Positions 36,442 to 47,681 of a stretch of DNA of 64,000 nucleotides are shown here, piece after piece. The position numbers were made by a program, and so were the translations under genes. The notes beneath the pieces were generated by a model, which saw nothing but the letters and a program-made list of their open reading frames with translations, had not been told where the DNA came from and ran no database searches. The stretch's first letter is position 1; each line of letters begins with the position of its first letter. The DNA is from Gekko japonicus (lineage: Eukaryota). The stretch covers positions 62,001 to 126,000 of the forward strand of contig NW_015167538.1 in NCBI RefSeq assembly GCF_001447785.1, in the 5' to 3' direction.

Positions 36442-38780
36442 CAGAATAAGAAGCAAAAGGTGGGTGGTAACATGGGGGTGTGGCCTAATATGCCAATGAG
36501 CTGTGATGTCAGGGGTGTGGCCTAATATGCCAATGAGTTTCTGCTGTTGGATGTGGCCTATTATGCTAATGAGTTCCTGCTGGGCTTTTTCTACAAAAAA
36601 GCCCTGAAGCTGGGTAACTACAAAACAGCACTGACTTTTGCATTTTCCCTTGTGAACAGTCCACAAATGGGTGAGTGCAGAAGCGAAAACTTTAAAATCT
36701 CACATGCTGCATTTATTCTAGTTGGATTGTAAGCCTGTCAGCAAGGCCTGTCCCTTTTAATTATTTTTGTGCAGTGCTGTTGTAGATGCTTTCCAGTAAA
36801 TAAGTATTAACGATTATTATTGGGACAGTGAGGAGTTGACCAGAAGGAACATGAGCCAATGGGTGAGATGAGAAATCTGTTTATCCCAAGTTGTTTTCTA
36901 TGAGATATTGCAGTTGAATGCTTCTTTAAAGATGCATTACACTTTTGCTTAGAAAAACCCAGCACCTATCAGATAAAACTGGTGTCTGGGTGAAGGTATA
37001 AAATGCAAACAGGGGCCACTGGTCTGCAGTATGTCATGAAGAATAGCATTGGCACAGGTATACCGAAAATGACAGAGAAGACAGTGTATTCAGGGGCACT
37101 GCAAATTTCAACTGGTTTAACTGTCTATTCCTCTCCAAAAGAACCTTGTGAATTACTATTCTGAGTGAGGAGTTCCAATTCTTCACAAAACTACAATTCC
37201 CAGTGTTCTTTGAGAAACTGAAGGCAGTTTAAACAGTTTGAAAAGGCACGGGATAGAAATGTGTTCTGCAAAATGATTGGACAGCATCAAGAGGTGGCGA
37301 CACTAGGCTGATAGCTGACTTGCTAGCAAGTCAGAAATGGAGGGGTGGGAACCTGTTAATAGAGGTGAGTCCTGCCTCATTTCCACATCAGAGACATGAT
37401 GTAAGAGTGGGAGGAGACTCTTAGCCAAGATGCTGCTGTGCTTAAGCACAGGGAACAGGAGGTGAAATGGAGCACTCTACTACTTTGAGAAGCTGCCCCT
37501 GGGATATACAATGTCCTTATAAACAGCCTTTAGCTTTGCTTGTTGTATGGCATGTGCTTAAAATCCCTGAGGAAGATGGTTATTCTGGTTTACTTTGGAG
37601 GGAAAATGTATGTTCACATATATGATAACTGAAAGCATGCCTTACTTCTGAATATATTTATTTGTAAAAAGATTCTACTGATTTCAGTACAATGTTTTCA
37701 GACCACAGAAACTGGGGATGGAGACTGCAGGTGACAGTTATGTGAATATGGGGTGTCAGGTGCTTTCTCCAAAGTTGCTTAAAAAGATGTAATGTATGGC
37801 AACAGTACAACTTAATTTCAGTGCCTGAACTCAGCAATGGAACAAGGGGAGGAGAGGAGCCAGTGCAGAGCGAGATGCCAGGAAACCTACACATCTTAAA
37901 GGAGGAACACAAAAGACCTATCTAAAAAGGGACAATGCAAACTTGCATTGTTGTATGGTCCCTCTGAACTGTGCTGTAATCACTCCGAGTTTGTTCTACT
38001 GATAAAAGATGTTCATTCTAACCTGCAATGTATTAACTAGTGGGAAAATGCATTCATAAAAGAAAGGAACTGGCAATGAAATGTATCCTGTACATGTTAA
38101 GGAGGCATGTGTATGCAACTATGGCCCCAGTGTTCAGCTCTGATTTCATTGGTCCAATGATATGCAGTAGGTCCCTGGTTCAATCACTGTTTGTCAGAAC
38201 AAACAAGGATGAGCTAGATGAGTTTAGGAAGACAGGAAAACTGCTTAGTGACAGAGCACCTGCTTGTATATAGACAATCCCTGGCATCTTCCATTTAAAA
38301 TGATTTCAAAAAGGATGGGAAAGCACTCTGTGTACCTAAGATTTCTGAAAGCCAGTGTCATTCAGAAGATGATACTGAGCTCAATAAACTAGCAGTCTGA
38401 GTCAGAAGGCAGCTTCCTTTATATATTCCCAACTCAGAGGGCCACTGCCACTTGTAGTATGCAGCACCGGGCTGGATAAACCAATAACCTGAACAGTTTC
38501 CTATGTTTGCTGATTCAACTGCCATTGGACAATTGAATCATTAACTCTGTTTTGCTCTTTACTACTGGTAATTAATCTCTTCTTAGGGATAGTATTGGGA
38601 ACTAATGCAGTATAGTGGTTAAGACTGTAGAGTGGACTTGGAGCAGGGAGACTGGAGTTTAAAGGCACAGAGAAGCTGAGGCAACCTCTCTTGCTCAGCC
38701 CAACCTACCTCTCAGGCACGCTGTGAAGATTAAATGTAAGGGAAAGGAGACACATGTATGCTACCTTGAACTTTTTGGAG

Positions 38781-38850
38781 GTATCTGAAGAAGTGAGCAG
38801 TGACTCATGAGATCTCATACCTTGCCACATATTTTTGTTAGTCTTTAACT
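38781..38850 (+). mobile_element. Penelope-like repeat remnant with a mutated hammerhead core
   Basis: GTATCTGAAGAAGTGAGCAGTGACTCATGAGATCTCATAC...TTGTTAGTCTTTA. Confidence 0.7.
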
Positions 38851-39241
38851 ACCCATCTTGACCTATCTTTTTGGAGGAAGGTGACAGATGGGACACATAT
38901 GATAAGATTTTTGACCCTTCTGGGTAACCTCTGCCCTCAGTTGCAGGAGGCACAAGTGGGTGGACAAGCAGCTTCAGTAGCTTTGGTTCCTGAGCAGCAT
39001 GTCACTCAGCATGTCAAAAGATCTCATTTGGGGGGAATACTGCTGGAGAACTCCCTGCAAGTCGAAAAGCAGCAGAGCAAGCAAAAAGGGGGCCGGGATC
39101 GGAGCCCTTCTGCCTTGCACGGAGCCTTCTTTGTGTGTGCGTGTTATGTTAAGGTTGCCTTCGGCTGCCTGCAGGCCGTCCTACCAGGCTCTCTGCCCAT
39201 GCTCAAAGGCGCCAACCCAGCCGGCTCTTGACGCCTCTCAC

Positions 39242-39602
39242 CGGGCTTGCTGTCGCTGCTTTTGGCCACGACCGTGGCGGCGGAAGCCGCGGGCTGCCCC
39301 TGTGGGGTCGCCTGGGGTTGGTGCTGGTGGGCCAGGAGGGCCTCGGTATTGGTGCCGCCGCCGTGAAGGGAGGTGCTGAGGAGGCGCTGGAAGCGGTTGG
39401 GCGGCCGGCTGGTGACTTCCAAGCCAGCCGCCAGCTTGGCCTTGTTGGCGCTGGTCAGGCGCTTGAGGTGGACCAGGAGATCGGGCCGGTCGCGGCGGAA
39501 GTGGGGGCTGTGGAAGTGGTGCAGCGGCCCGCCGGGAGAGGACGGCGGCGGCGGCGGCGAGAGCGACGAGGAGCCGCCGCCCCCTGCGCCGCCGCCGCCG
39601 CC
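39242..39602 (-). CDS. HSF5: HSF5 coding exon 1, visible 3' part (end of the HSF DNA-binding domain); the 5' part is in the assembly gap
   Basis: Translates ...GGPLHHFHSPHFRRDRPDLLVHLKRLTSANKAKLAAGLEVTSRPPNRFQRLL..., diagnostic of HSF5. Donor CCCG|GTGAGA is phase 1, matching the exon 2 acceptor. Confidence 0.92.
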
Positions 39603-39944
39603 NNNNNNNNNNNNNNNNNNNNNNNNNNNNNNNNNNNNNNNNNNNNNNNNNNNNNNNNNNNNNNNNNNNNNNNNNNNNNNNNNNNNNNNNNNNNNNNNNN
39701 NNNNNNNNNNNNNNNNNNNNNNNNNNNNNNNNNNNNNNNNNNNNNNNNNNNNNNNNNNNNNNNNNNNNNNNNNNNNNNNNNNNNNNNNNNNNNNNNNNNN
39801 NNNNNNNNNNNNNNNNNNNNNNNNNNNNNNNNNNNNNNNNNNNNNNNNNNNNNNNNNNNNNNNNNNNNNNNNNNNNNNNNNNNNNNNNNNNNNNNNNNNN
39901 NNNNNNNNNNNNNNNNNNNNNNNNNNNNNNNNNNNNNNNNNNNN
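39603..39944. other. Assembly gap (342 N) covering the HSF5 start codon and most of the DNA-binding domain
   Basis: Run of N flanked by (GCC)n and poly-C in a CpG island. Confidence 0.97.
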
Positions 39945-40045
39945 CCCCCCCCAACGGACGGTTGAGGCCGGCCGGCTTCTCCAACGGACGCCGCCGTCAA
40001 TCATCGCCTTCGAGGCCGCGCGCTCTCTCTCTCTCTCTCTCTCCT
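39945..40045 (-). promoter_or_regulatory. HSF5 CpG-island promoter/5' region with three MYB consensus sites
   Basis: CCAACGGACG at 39951 and 39981, and CGGTTG at 39959, in a CpG-rich context next to HSF5 exon 1. Confidence 0.55.
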
Positions 40046-40074
40046 GCCTGAAAACCTTTTATCTGACTGAAATG

Positions 40075-40622
40075 GTAGGCGAGAGCAAGAGTCCTCGTAG
40101 CTCACCTTAAAGACTAATAAAAGATGTGGCGGGGGGGGTGAGGTTTCGTGAGTCACTGCTCACTTCTTCAGATACAGTTCGAATGGGAGTCCAATCTAAC
40201 GGGGGTTTAATTCAATCAGACCTTCTGTTGTCATTTGCCTGTAATGTCATTCGGCATCTGAACTCGCTGCACCTTTCCAATATATAGGACAGGTGAGCTC
40301 ACATTCTAGCTGTATCTGACGAAGTGAGCAGTGACTCACAAAAGCTCATACCCTGTCACACATTTTGTTAGTCATGAAGGTGCTCCTGGACTCTGGCTCT
40401 TTCCTGCTGCTACAGACAGACAGACTAACAGGGTCGAAGGGACCACATTTAGCCTTACAAAATGGAAATCCATCAACCTTGTGATATCAGGACAGATGGA
40501 CTCACATTCTAGCTATATCTGACGAAGTGAGCAGTGACTCACAAAAGCTCAGACCCTACCACATATTTTGTTAGTCTTTAAGGTGCTACTGGACTCTTGC
40601 TCTTTTCTACTGCTACAGATAG
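40075..40622. mobile_element. Penelope-like element terminal repeats: one inverted and two tandem copies, each with a hammerhead-like motif
   Basis: Repeat unit GTATCTGANGAAGTGAGCAGTGACTCAC(G/A)AAA...TTGTTAGTCTTTAAGGTGCTACTGGACTC at 40136-40175 (-), 40312-40351 (+) and 40515-40554 (+); direct-repeat period 203 bp. Confidence 0.75.
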
Positions 40623-40639
40623 ATCAAGATGGTCATTCT

Positions 40640-40857
40640 TTCTTTCTACCTCTCTCTTAGACAAATAAATATCATTATCAATATCTGTCTTTACCCTTTT
40701 TGTTTTATTTTTGGCAGTCTCATTTAATGTTAGTAAAAAGCAAATTTGCATATTTTCCAATAAAAATGTGTGTAATATTTGTTTATGTCTTGTGGCTCCC
40801 AAACAACTGACGTTTATTCTATGTGGCTCTTAAGTTAAGCAAGTTTGGCCACCCCTG
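40640..40857. mobile_element. hAT terminal fragment
   Basis: Ends ...AAGTTTGGCCACCCCTG, a Charlie-type TIR; left boundary approximate. Confidence 0.55.
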
Positions 40858-42108
40858 AAATAGGGTGATGTTTGAATCTAAAAGCAAAGGTTCCTAGTGG
40901 GACAAAAAAAAAATGTAGCTGGGCTGGGGTTGTAGAGGGGGGGGGGGAACTCGAACAAATATTTGCTCAAGGACTACAGATGGAAAGATTACCCCAAATA
41001 AAAGTCATCTCCTGAGCTGAGCCATTACTCTGCAGCTTTGCTTTTCTTTGCTCACTTGAGAGGACCTCACCTAAAAAAAATTCTAGACGGTAATCTCAAA
41101 ACAGCTCATGCTGGAATTAGTGCCATCCTTTAAACAAGGTTGTCAGCTCAGGGATGGAAAATACCTGGAGACTTTGGGGGTGGATCTGGGAGAGGGTGGG
41201 GTTTGGGGAGGGGCCTCAGCATGGTACAATGCCATGGAGTCCACCTTTCAAAGCAGCCATTTTCTCCAAGGGAGCTGATCTGTCAGCTAGAGATCAGTTG
41301 TAAAAGCGGGGGATCTCCAGGCCCCACCTGGAGGCTGGCAACCCTATCTTTAAGGTGTCATTGGACTAAGTTTTATTTTACTATGATAGACTAACATGGC
41401 TAAACATCTTGTCCATAACACTGTCCTTTTAATCCTATACCTAAACTAAATATCCACACATACATACGCCTTTATTCTATTATTCCCTGACAGTCTTGCA
41501 GTCGAAAAATCCTTTTTAACCCTACAGATCCTTTTAAAAGATCTGACATCCCCAGCCCTGTAATTATGAAAATATTTGAAGTTTATGTACATGCTGTTTG
41601 ATAAATAACAAACGTACTTTTGAAGACAGACACGCTATCATCCCTTTTATCTCCCCACCACTACATTGGAAGTGCAGTAGTTCATCCCACACGTTTTGAA
41701 TCAACATTTATCAAAGCACCTCATATACCTGGTGCTTTTCTCAGTTTAATCATATGTATCACTAAAAAGGTTAAGGATCTGAAATATTTGGAACTTCTAT
41801 TAAAACCCACATATGTATGTAATGTTTCAATATCATGTAACGTAATAAACGAGCCTCTGAACAGGCATACTTTCCCCTCCCTTCGCTTAGTAGTAAGTTT
41901 TAAACTAGATATGACACTTGAAACCAGATGGGTCCGTGCATGTGACTTGCATGGGCTTAGACTCAAATATTCCTACTTTAAAACAAAGTTTGCAAATTCT
42001 TGGTGGGCGGGATCAGGAGCATGGGAAAAGATGGCTCCCTTGTGCCATTTTCTCAGGTTGAACCATGCCCACAATGGGGAAAGTAAGCAGCCGGCCAGTA
42101 GTTGCAGC

Positions 42109-42916
42109 CAGGGGTCTTTTGGGGCCGTGCGCTGCTCTGGGAGCCCAGGAGCTGGCACAAATGGCGGTGGCAGCAAGCCCTGCCTCCAGTTCTCTGCGCT
42201 GCGGTCTGTCGCCGGCTCCTGGGGACTGTGCCGGAGCGCTGTGGCCCCAGGGAGGCCCCAGGAGGGCCATCACCAGTTCCTTGGGGCCCGCGTCAGAACG
42301 CTGCGGCCCCAGGGAGGCCAGAGGATGCCCGTCACCGTCTCCCTGGGCCAGCACCGGAGCGCTGCAGCCCGGGGGAGGCCAGAAGACGCTCCCTGCCACC
42401 TCCCAGGGTAAGTGAGGGATCCGTGGGGGGTGGCAGAGGCTTGATTGGGGGGTGGGAGAGCCTGCCCCCTCCCCCATCTCTTTGCCCTCTTTCTTTCCCT
42501 CCCCTTTTCTTTCCCTTCTCTTCCTCTCTTTTCCTTCTTTCCTTCTCNNNNNNNNNNNNNNNNNNNNNNNNNNNNNNNNNNNNNNNNNNNNNNNNNNNNN
42601 NNNNNNNNNNNNNNNNNNNNNNNNNNNNNNNNNNNNNNNNNNNNNNNNNNNNNNNNNNNNNNNNNNNNNNNNNNNNNNNNNNNNNNNNNNNNNNNTTAAA
42701 GTTTAAACCCCTTCTCTCTTCGCTCCCCCCCCCCAGGGAAGGGGAGACTTTTGAAGATGCCTTCCCCCCCCTTTTGCTTCCCCTTCTGACATCACTTCCG
42801 GCGATGGCAGGGGCATTGCATATGCTAATGAGCTATTATGCTAATAGCCTAGTAGCTCATTAACATACCATATGCTAATGAGCTCCTGCAGCTCTCTTTC
42901 TACAAAAAGACCCCTG
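42109..42916 (-). mobile_element. hAT family C-related element(s) spanning a gap
   Basis: CAGGGGTCTTTT...AAAAAGACCCCTG ends with ATGCTAAT repeats. The flanks do not form a TSD, so this may be two elements. Confidence 0.6.
42548..42695. other. Assembly gap (148 N)
   Basis: Run of N after a CT-rich tract inside a repeat. Confidence 0.97.
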
Positions 42917-43046
42917 GACTTGCTGCTCAGAAAATGGCATGGGGAAAGGCTGATGCCTGCTCTCCCCTGGTGCTCCAGTTCCTGTCTTAATCTGGTATGG
43001 GTGCAGACTTCATTTAGAGACAGAAATGCTTTGCTGTAACTCATTA

Positions 43047-43362
43047 AGAGCTGGGTCGGAGGCCCCCCCAGCCTGAACTGGTGTCAAACATGCTGCACGC
43101 CAGAGGGGCCTACCGATCCGCTGCGAAAAGAGGACCGCCAGAAAAAGAGGAGCCAGAAGCCGCAGCTGAAAGACGATGGGAAAAAAGACCCGAGGAAAGA
43201 ACAACCCCCCCCCCTCCACTGGGTGCTGGTAGGGATGTCCCCACCCCTGATGAATTGTGGCCTTAGATAGGGATAATGGATAACTGTACAGCCGCTCAGA
43301 GACCCCTTCGGGGATTAGAGCGGGATAGTAAGACGAAAGTAATAAATAAATAAATAAATAAA
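43047..43362 (+). mobile_element. L2-type 3' fragment
   Basis: GCCGCTCAGAGACCCCTTCGGGGATTAGAGCGGGAT stem-loop tail plus (AAAT)n. Similar short tails occur at 12555-12610 (+), 55978-56060 (-) and 59270-59420 (-). Confidence 0.65.
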
Positions 43363-43542
43363 CATCTACTGTGGCCCTTAGTAACAAGCTCATACATACT
43401 TAAAATCATTAATCATTATTTATAAAAGCTCCTAATGTATCAGTACTTTGTTCAGTATCCCACTTAGGCATGTGTTTTAAGCTTATAACAGCGGTCGGCC
43501 AGTCTTTTCAACTGAGGCACCTCTGGCATGCACCACCATCAG

Positions 43543-43766
43543 CAGGGCCGGCCCCAGCTTATTTTGCACCCTAGGCGAGGATCCCTTCTGGCGCCCCCCT
43601 CCCCATGCACCCACCAATTTTCAAAAATAAATGCATTTTAGGAAGAATTAAAAACACAAATAATCAAGAAACTCCCCGAGTACGGGGCCGGGTGCAGCTT
43701 GGCGCCCCTAAGGGCCGGCCCGCTCTAGGCGATTGCCTAGTTCGCCTAGTGAGTGAGCCGGCCCTG
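43543..43766. mobile_element. hAT MITE family D (TIR CAGGGCCGGC)
   Basis: Perfect TSD ACCATCAG. Confidence 0.88.
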
Positions 43767-43808
43767 ACCATCAGCCACAGCAACCATCCTAATAAGGTGT
43801 GTCTCGGG

Positions 43809-44015
43809 CAGGCCCTCACAGGGGCAAAGAGAGGCCCGGGCCACTTCCATTTTTGAGGGCCCCCACTGAAAACGGGAGATTGGGAAGGCTAGTATTTCTG
43901 TGTCTGTAACTATAACCAAATGAAGAGTTAACACCAAAAGGGTAAATCTGAGGCCCCTCGAGAATGTGAGGGACAGGCCAAAAGGCCCTGCTGGCCCTCC
44001 CTCTCAGAGGCCCTG
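43809..44015. mobile_element. hAT MITE (ends CAGGCCCTC...GAGGCCCTG)
   Basis: TSD gtctcggg/gtctcagg; a related fragment lies near 1047-1100. Confidence 0.7.
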
Positions 44016-45551
44016 GTCTCAGGCCACCATCCAGTAGGCCTCCTACTTGTGACAAAATATGGCAGCTGTCCCATCACTAAGCCTCTCACCCACCCCCCCA
44101 TGGCCATTTTTGTTCCGTCAAAGGCTTTTTCTTTGGTGTAAATGGGAAAAAAGGTAATCTCCTGAATCCTGTTGATCTTTCAGCTCTCTACCTTTTTGTA
44201 AACCCCACACAAATCGTTTTTATACTATTTTTATAACAAAGTAGCCATGCCCCTTTTCCAAGAAAACTGGTATGAAATATTCTAGAACAGAGTACTCCTT
44301 ACTGTGTACAACATGCTTTTCTCCCACTCACTGCTGGGCAACTACAGCCGGTCATTGCACACTGTTGTGGTTTTGGCCATATTTGACTGGAAGCGAAGTT
44401 TAATAGGGTTTGCTCCCAAGGAAATGTGCACACGACTGTGTCCCTGAAAACAAGGTGCATGGCTTTCTTCGAGGACAGGAGGCAGGATTCTGAATGACAA
44501 GGCTAGTTTGCTTATATATCCTTGGGCTTTTTCTCTGTGTGTTCCATTGCCTTGCCTCTGTTTTTAAGAGACATTTTATAGTTTTGTGATATTAATGTGG
44601 TTTCTGGTGCAGCATCCTGAAGCAGGAGGCTGGCAGGATAAAAATCCCCCGCATGGTTTTCCCTATGTGGTCGTGCAAATAGACGTATCATGACTTGCTG
44701 AAGGGCACAAGGAGCAGGCTAGCTCAAACAGCGATTTCAGTTTGCACAGCTGCTCACACCCAGTGGCAGTGCTCACCAAAATTCAAGATGGGCCCAAGTC
44801 CCATGTGCCAGGGTCATTTTTCATGGCAGAAACGTGGAGGGGAAAGAGAAAGCGGGAACAGAAGCTTTCCCGGAATGGGGGTTGCCAGTTAATCAAAAGT
44901 GCCAGATCCTCCAGCATATTCGCTCTGCCCCTGCCTCTTCTCAGAGGAACCAGCAGTGCCCAACCCCCGCCCTGTTGGGGACCCCAAGGCAATAGCTCCC
45001 ACACCTGGTAAGACCCTTGCCCCTGAGCCATGGAGCCATGCTACCGAGCAAGCAGACTGGCCAGGACTGTCTGGTACAGCTGGCTCCTGCCAGCTCGAGG
45101 CAAACTAAGAGGGAAAGTGGTGCCTGAGGATGATGTCAACTGGCTGCACCGACTGTCAGAAACCCTGCAAGAACTTGGAGACATCAAACCGGTTGGCTGC
45201 AGAGGAGTAAGTGGGGAATGTGTGTGCCTGAAGATGCATGGGTATGGTGGCTGGAGCTTGCCCTCTCGTGGTGCCAAGTTAACTCCGCATTCTGGATAAT
45301 CAAGTGCCAATAACAAAGCTTGGGCTGTGGTTAAGGAGGCTTCTGTTAGCTTTTCATATGCTCTGCCACCACCCTATCCTTTTGAGTTTTATTTATCAAA
45401 AGCTGCAATTCACAGAAGCCAGTTTTTTGCCTAGAAAGGAACACAGCCCTAGTTATAGCCACAAAGGAAGGCCCAGCGGCAACCAGCCGTGAACGGAAGG
45501 AGGAAGAGCATTCAGGAATACAACTCAACAAAGCAGCACTAATATAGAGAT

Positions 45552-45557
45552 TTTATT
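45552..45557 (-). terminator. Likely MTMR4 polyadenylation signal (3'UTR about 1.95 kb)
   Basis: AATAAA on the minus strand followed by a GT-rich downstream element (TGCTTTGTTGAGTTGTATT). Confidence 0.6.
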
Positions 45558-47503
45558 CCACTGTATTGAATTTCTTACAGCACATTGTTTTGTCACAAAG
45601 CTATCGATCTGATTTTGGAGGGTGGGTTTTGTTTTTGTTTTGCCTGAAGACAGCGACACAAATTCATGAGAGCTGAAAGGAGTTCTGATTAACCACGGCT
45701 GACTTCTTTTCTCTCTTTTCTCTCCAGGTTTTTTGTTGTTGCAGTTTGTGCAAATGAGCTGAAAATCCAACCGGATCTGAACTCTCCTTCTTTCATACAT
45801 ATACACTTTTGTACAGATAAAAAGTTCAGAGCGTGGCAAATTAAAAGATCCCACCATTTACCGATAAGTAGTGACTCGCTCCCTGAAACGGGCCACGGGA
45901 GCAATTCAGGGAGGGATCCAGTGTCAAGAGGATGATACTGGCTTTTAGGCTCGAGACCGAAAGCAGGCTGAAATGTGGAAGGTAGCGAAATGGTAGAGAG
46001 AAACACTGAATCTGCTAACAACTTAAAAATCCAGCCAAGAGTGAGATGCTGGCACAAATTCACGCTCGGTCACGGAGGGGGTAGCATTTTCAAGTTCCTA
46101 TCGGGACAAGAGGACCTGCGCACCCTTCCAACATGGAGGGTCTAAGGACCCTTGGATTGGCGAAGAGGAATACATTTCGCCATCCTGTTTCTTCTACGCC
46201 CCTCAACTACAGATATATGCTGCAGGATAAAATGACCTGGGCCCTTCTCATGAAAACTGGTGCAAATGTCAGCAGAGTCTCTCTCTCTCTCTCCCCTTTC
46301 AGAAAGTGCCGGCTGATACTTGTTTGGATGGAAGTGAAAATATCCACTAGGGGAACAGCCAGATGGCAGGAGACCTATTTCCAAATGAGGAATTTACTGA
46401 CCTCAGAATGAGCCAAAGAACATTCTTGCGGGGATGGTTATGGTCTTTTTATTGTCCCTTGCACCATCTGCAGTGGCAGGAACAGGGAAAGGGTCCCCCG
46501 TTAGCCAGTGTTCTCCGTCTCCCGTTTATGAGATTGGCATCCCCTCCCCCCCCCACTTATTTTCCAGAGTACAGTTTTAAGTGCAGAGAAATAACATTAG
46601 CAGCATTTTGGACTGAGACCCTCAAGCACACTAAACAGCACGTTCCAGGAGGAAAAGAAAACCAGGTCGTCTGCCTGCCCTCCAGGCATCAGGTTTTCGG
46701 GATAAAGAGCAACCAGAAAGAGGGAGACACAAGTGCAGCAATAAGGGAGGGGAAGATACACCCGGTGGTGCGGATCCAGGGAGGCTCGAGGTGTCGCTCC
46801 TGTGAAGACACCCGGCTGGAACCAGCTGCCCGACACCCGCAGCGGGCGGATGGGAAGAGCAGCGAGCCACACTTGACTCTGCTTTCCGCATACAACAGCC
46901 CAGCTGCTGGGGGGCAAAGAGTCCGTTCCCTGAAAGATGACCGGGAATGTGCAGAGAGGCACTCTGCTTGATAAGAGAGTCCTTCCTCCTGCTTTTGGTA
47001 TTAGTGCTGGCCTTGAGCCCTCCAGGGAAGCGGCTGGCAAGCCAAACACTACTGAAATATTACTACTGCAGCCAGAGCTCTCCTGTAGATAGACCACCCA
47101 GTGGCTGCCTTCTGTCTTGCACAATTCAGCCTGCCTGCCTTTGTGAGGTGGGGCAAAGAGGGTCTCATTCTGGTCATGCCTTCCTATTGCTTTGGGGAAC
47201 AAGGCAGTATTTGCACCACATCACTTGCCAACCCTCTGAAGAAAGACACGGCGGTCTCCGATTCAGCCTCAGGTCTTCAGACCATACACGGTACCGTGAC
47301 GTGGGCCATATCACACTCTTTAATCCAATTTCCTCATCTCCAATACATGGGGCACCAAGTGGGGGAAAATCGCCAACAGTGCATACAAGGCTTGGTGGTC
47401 AAGCGCTGCGTTACCGACCTCCTCAGCTGCAGCAGAGGCAGCCCTTCCCTTCCAGTCTGCAGGTTGAAAAGGCCAGGCTTGGACAGGCTCCCTCTTCTGA
47501 CGT

Positions 47504-47681
47504 TCAGCTGGAAGCTGTGGCTATGGGCTTCTTCAGGTGCTGGCTCATCAGTTCCCTGGCACGGGATACCTGGATGTGATCGTAACAGGAATTGCAGACG
47601 AGGACTGGATCGTAGAGCTGCTGATCGGGAATGGGCAGCTTCAGGTGGCAGCAACCAGCACAGAACACATTCCCGCAGTTC
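47504..47681 (-). CDS. MTMR4: MTMR4 last coding exon (FYVE second half, stop codon)
   Basis: GCCCAG|G ... NCGNVFCAGCCHLKLPIPDQQLYDPVLVCNSCYDHIQVSRARELMSQHLKKPIATASS-TGA. Confidence 0.96.

Larger units (their letters stand above)
34738..36606. mobile_element. Compound hAT element interrupted by nested retroelements
   Basis: Perfect TSD AAGCTGGG (34730-34737 and 36607-36614); arms match 2822-3216; insertion at about 34936-36441. Confidence 0.85.

Noticed and set aside
39144-40004. ATG at 40004 as the HSF5 start codon
   Set aside because: It is in frame only if the 342-N gap length is exact. The peptide MIDGGVRWR does not resemble the HSF5 N-terminus, and the gap is large enough to hold the true start.
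40280-40622. CRISPR-like array or other prokaryotic system
   Set aside because: Only two long direct repeats with no repeat-spacer series, in clearly vertebrate intron-exon DNA with no cas-like ORFs.
41620-42863. Long overlapping ORFs (263 and 253 aa)
   Set aside because: They arise from the GC-rich interior of a repeat and an N gap; no transposase motifs seen.
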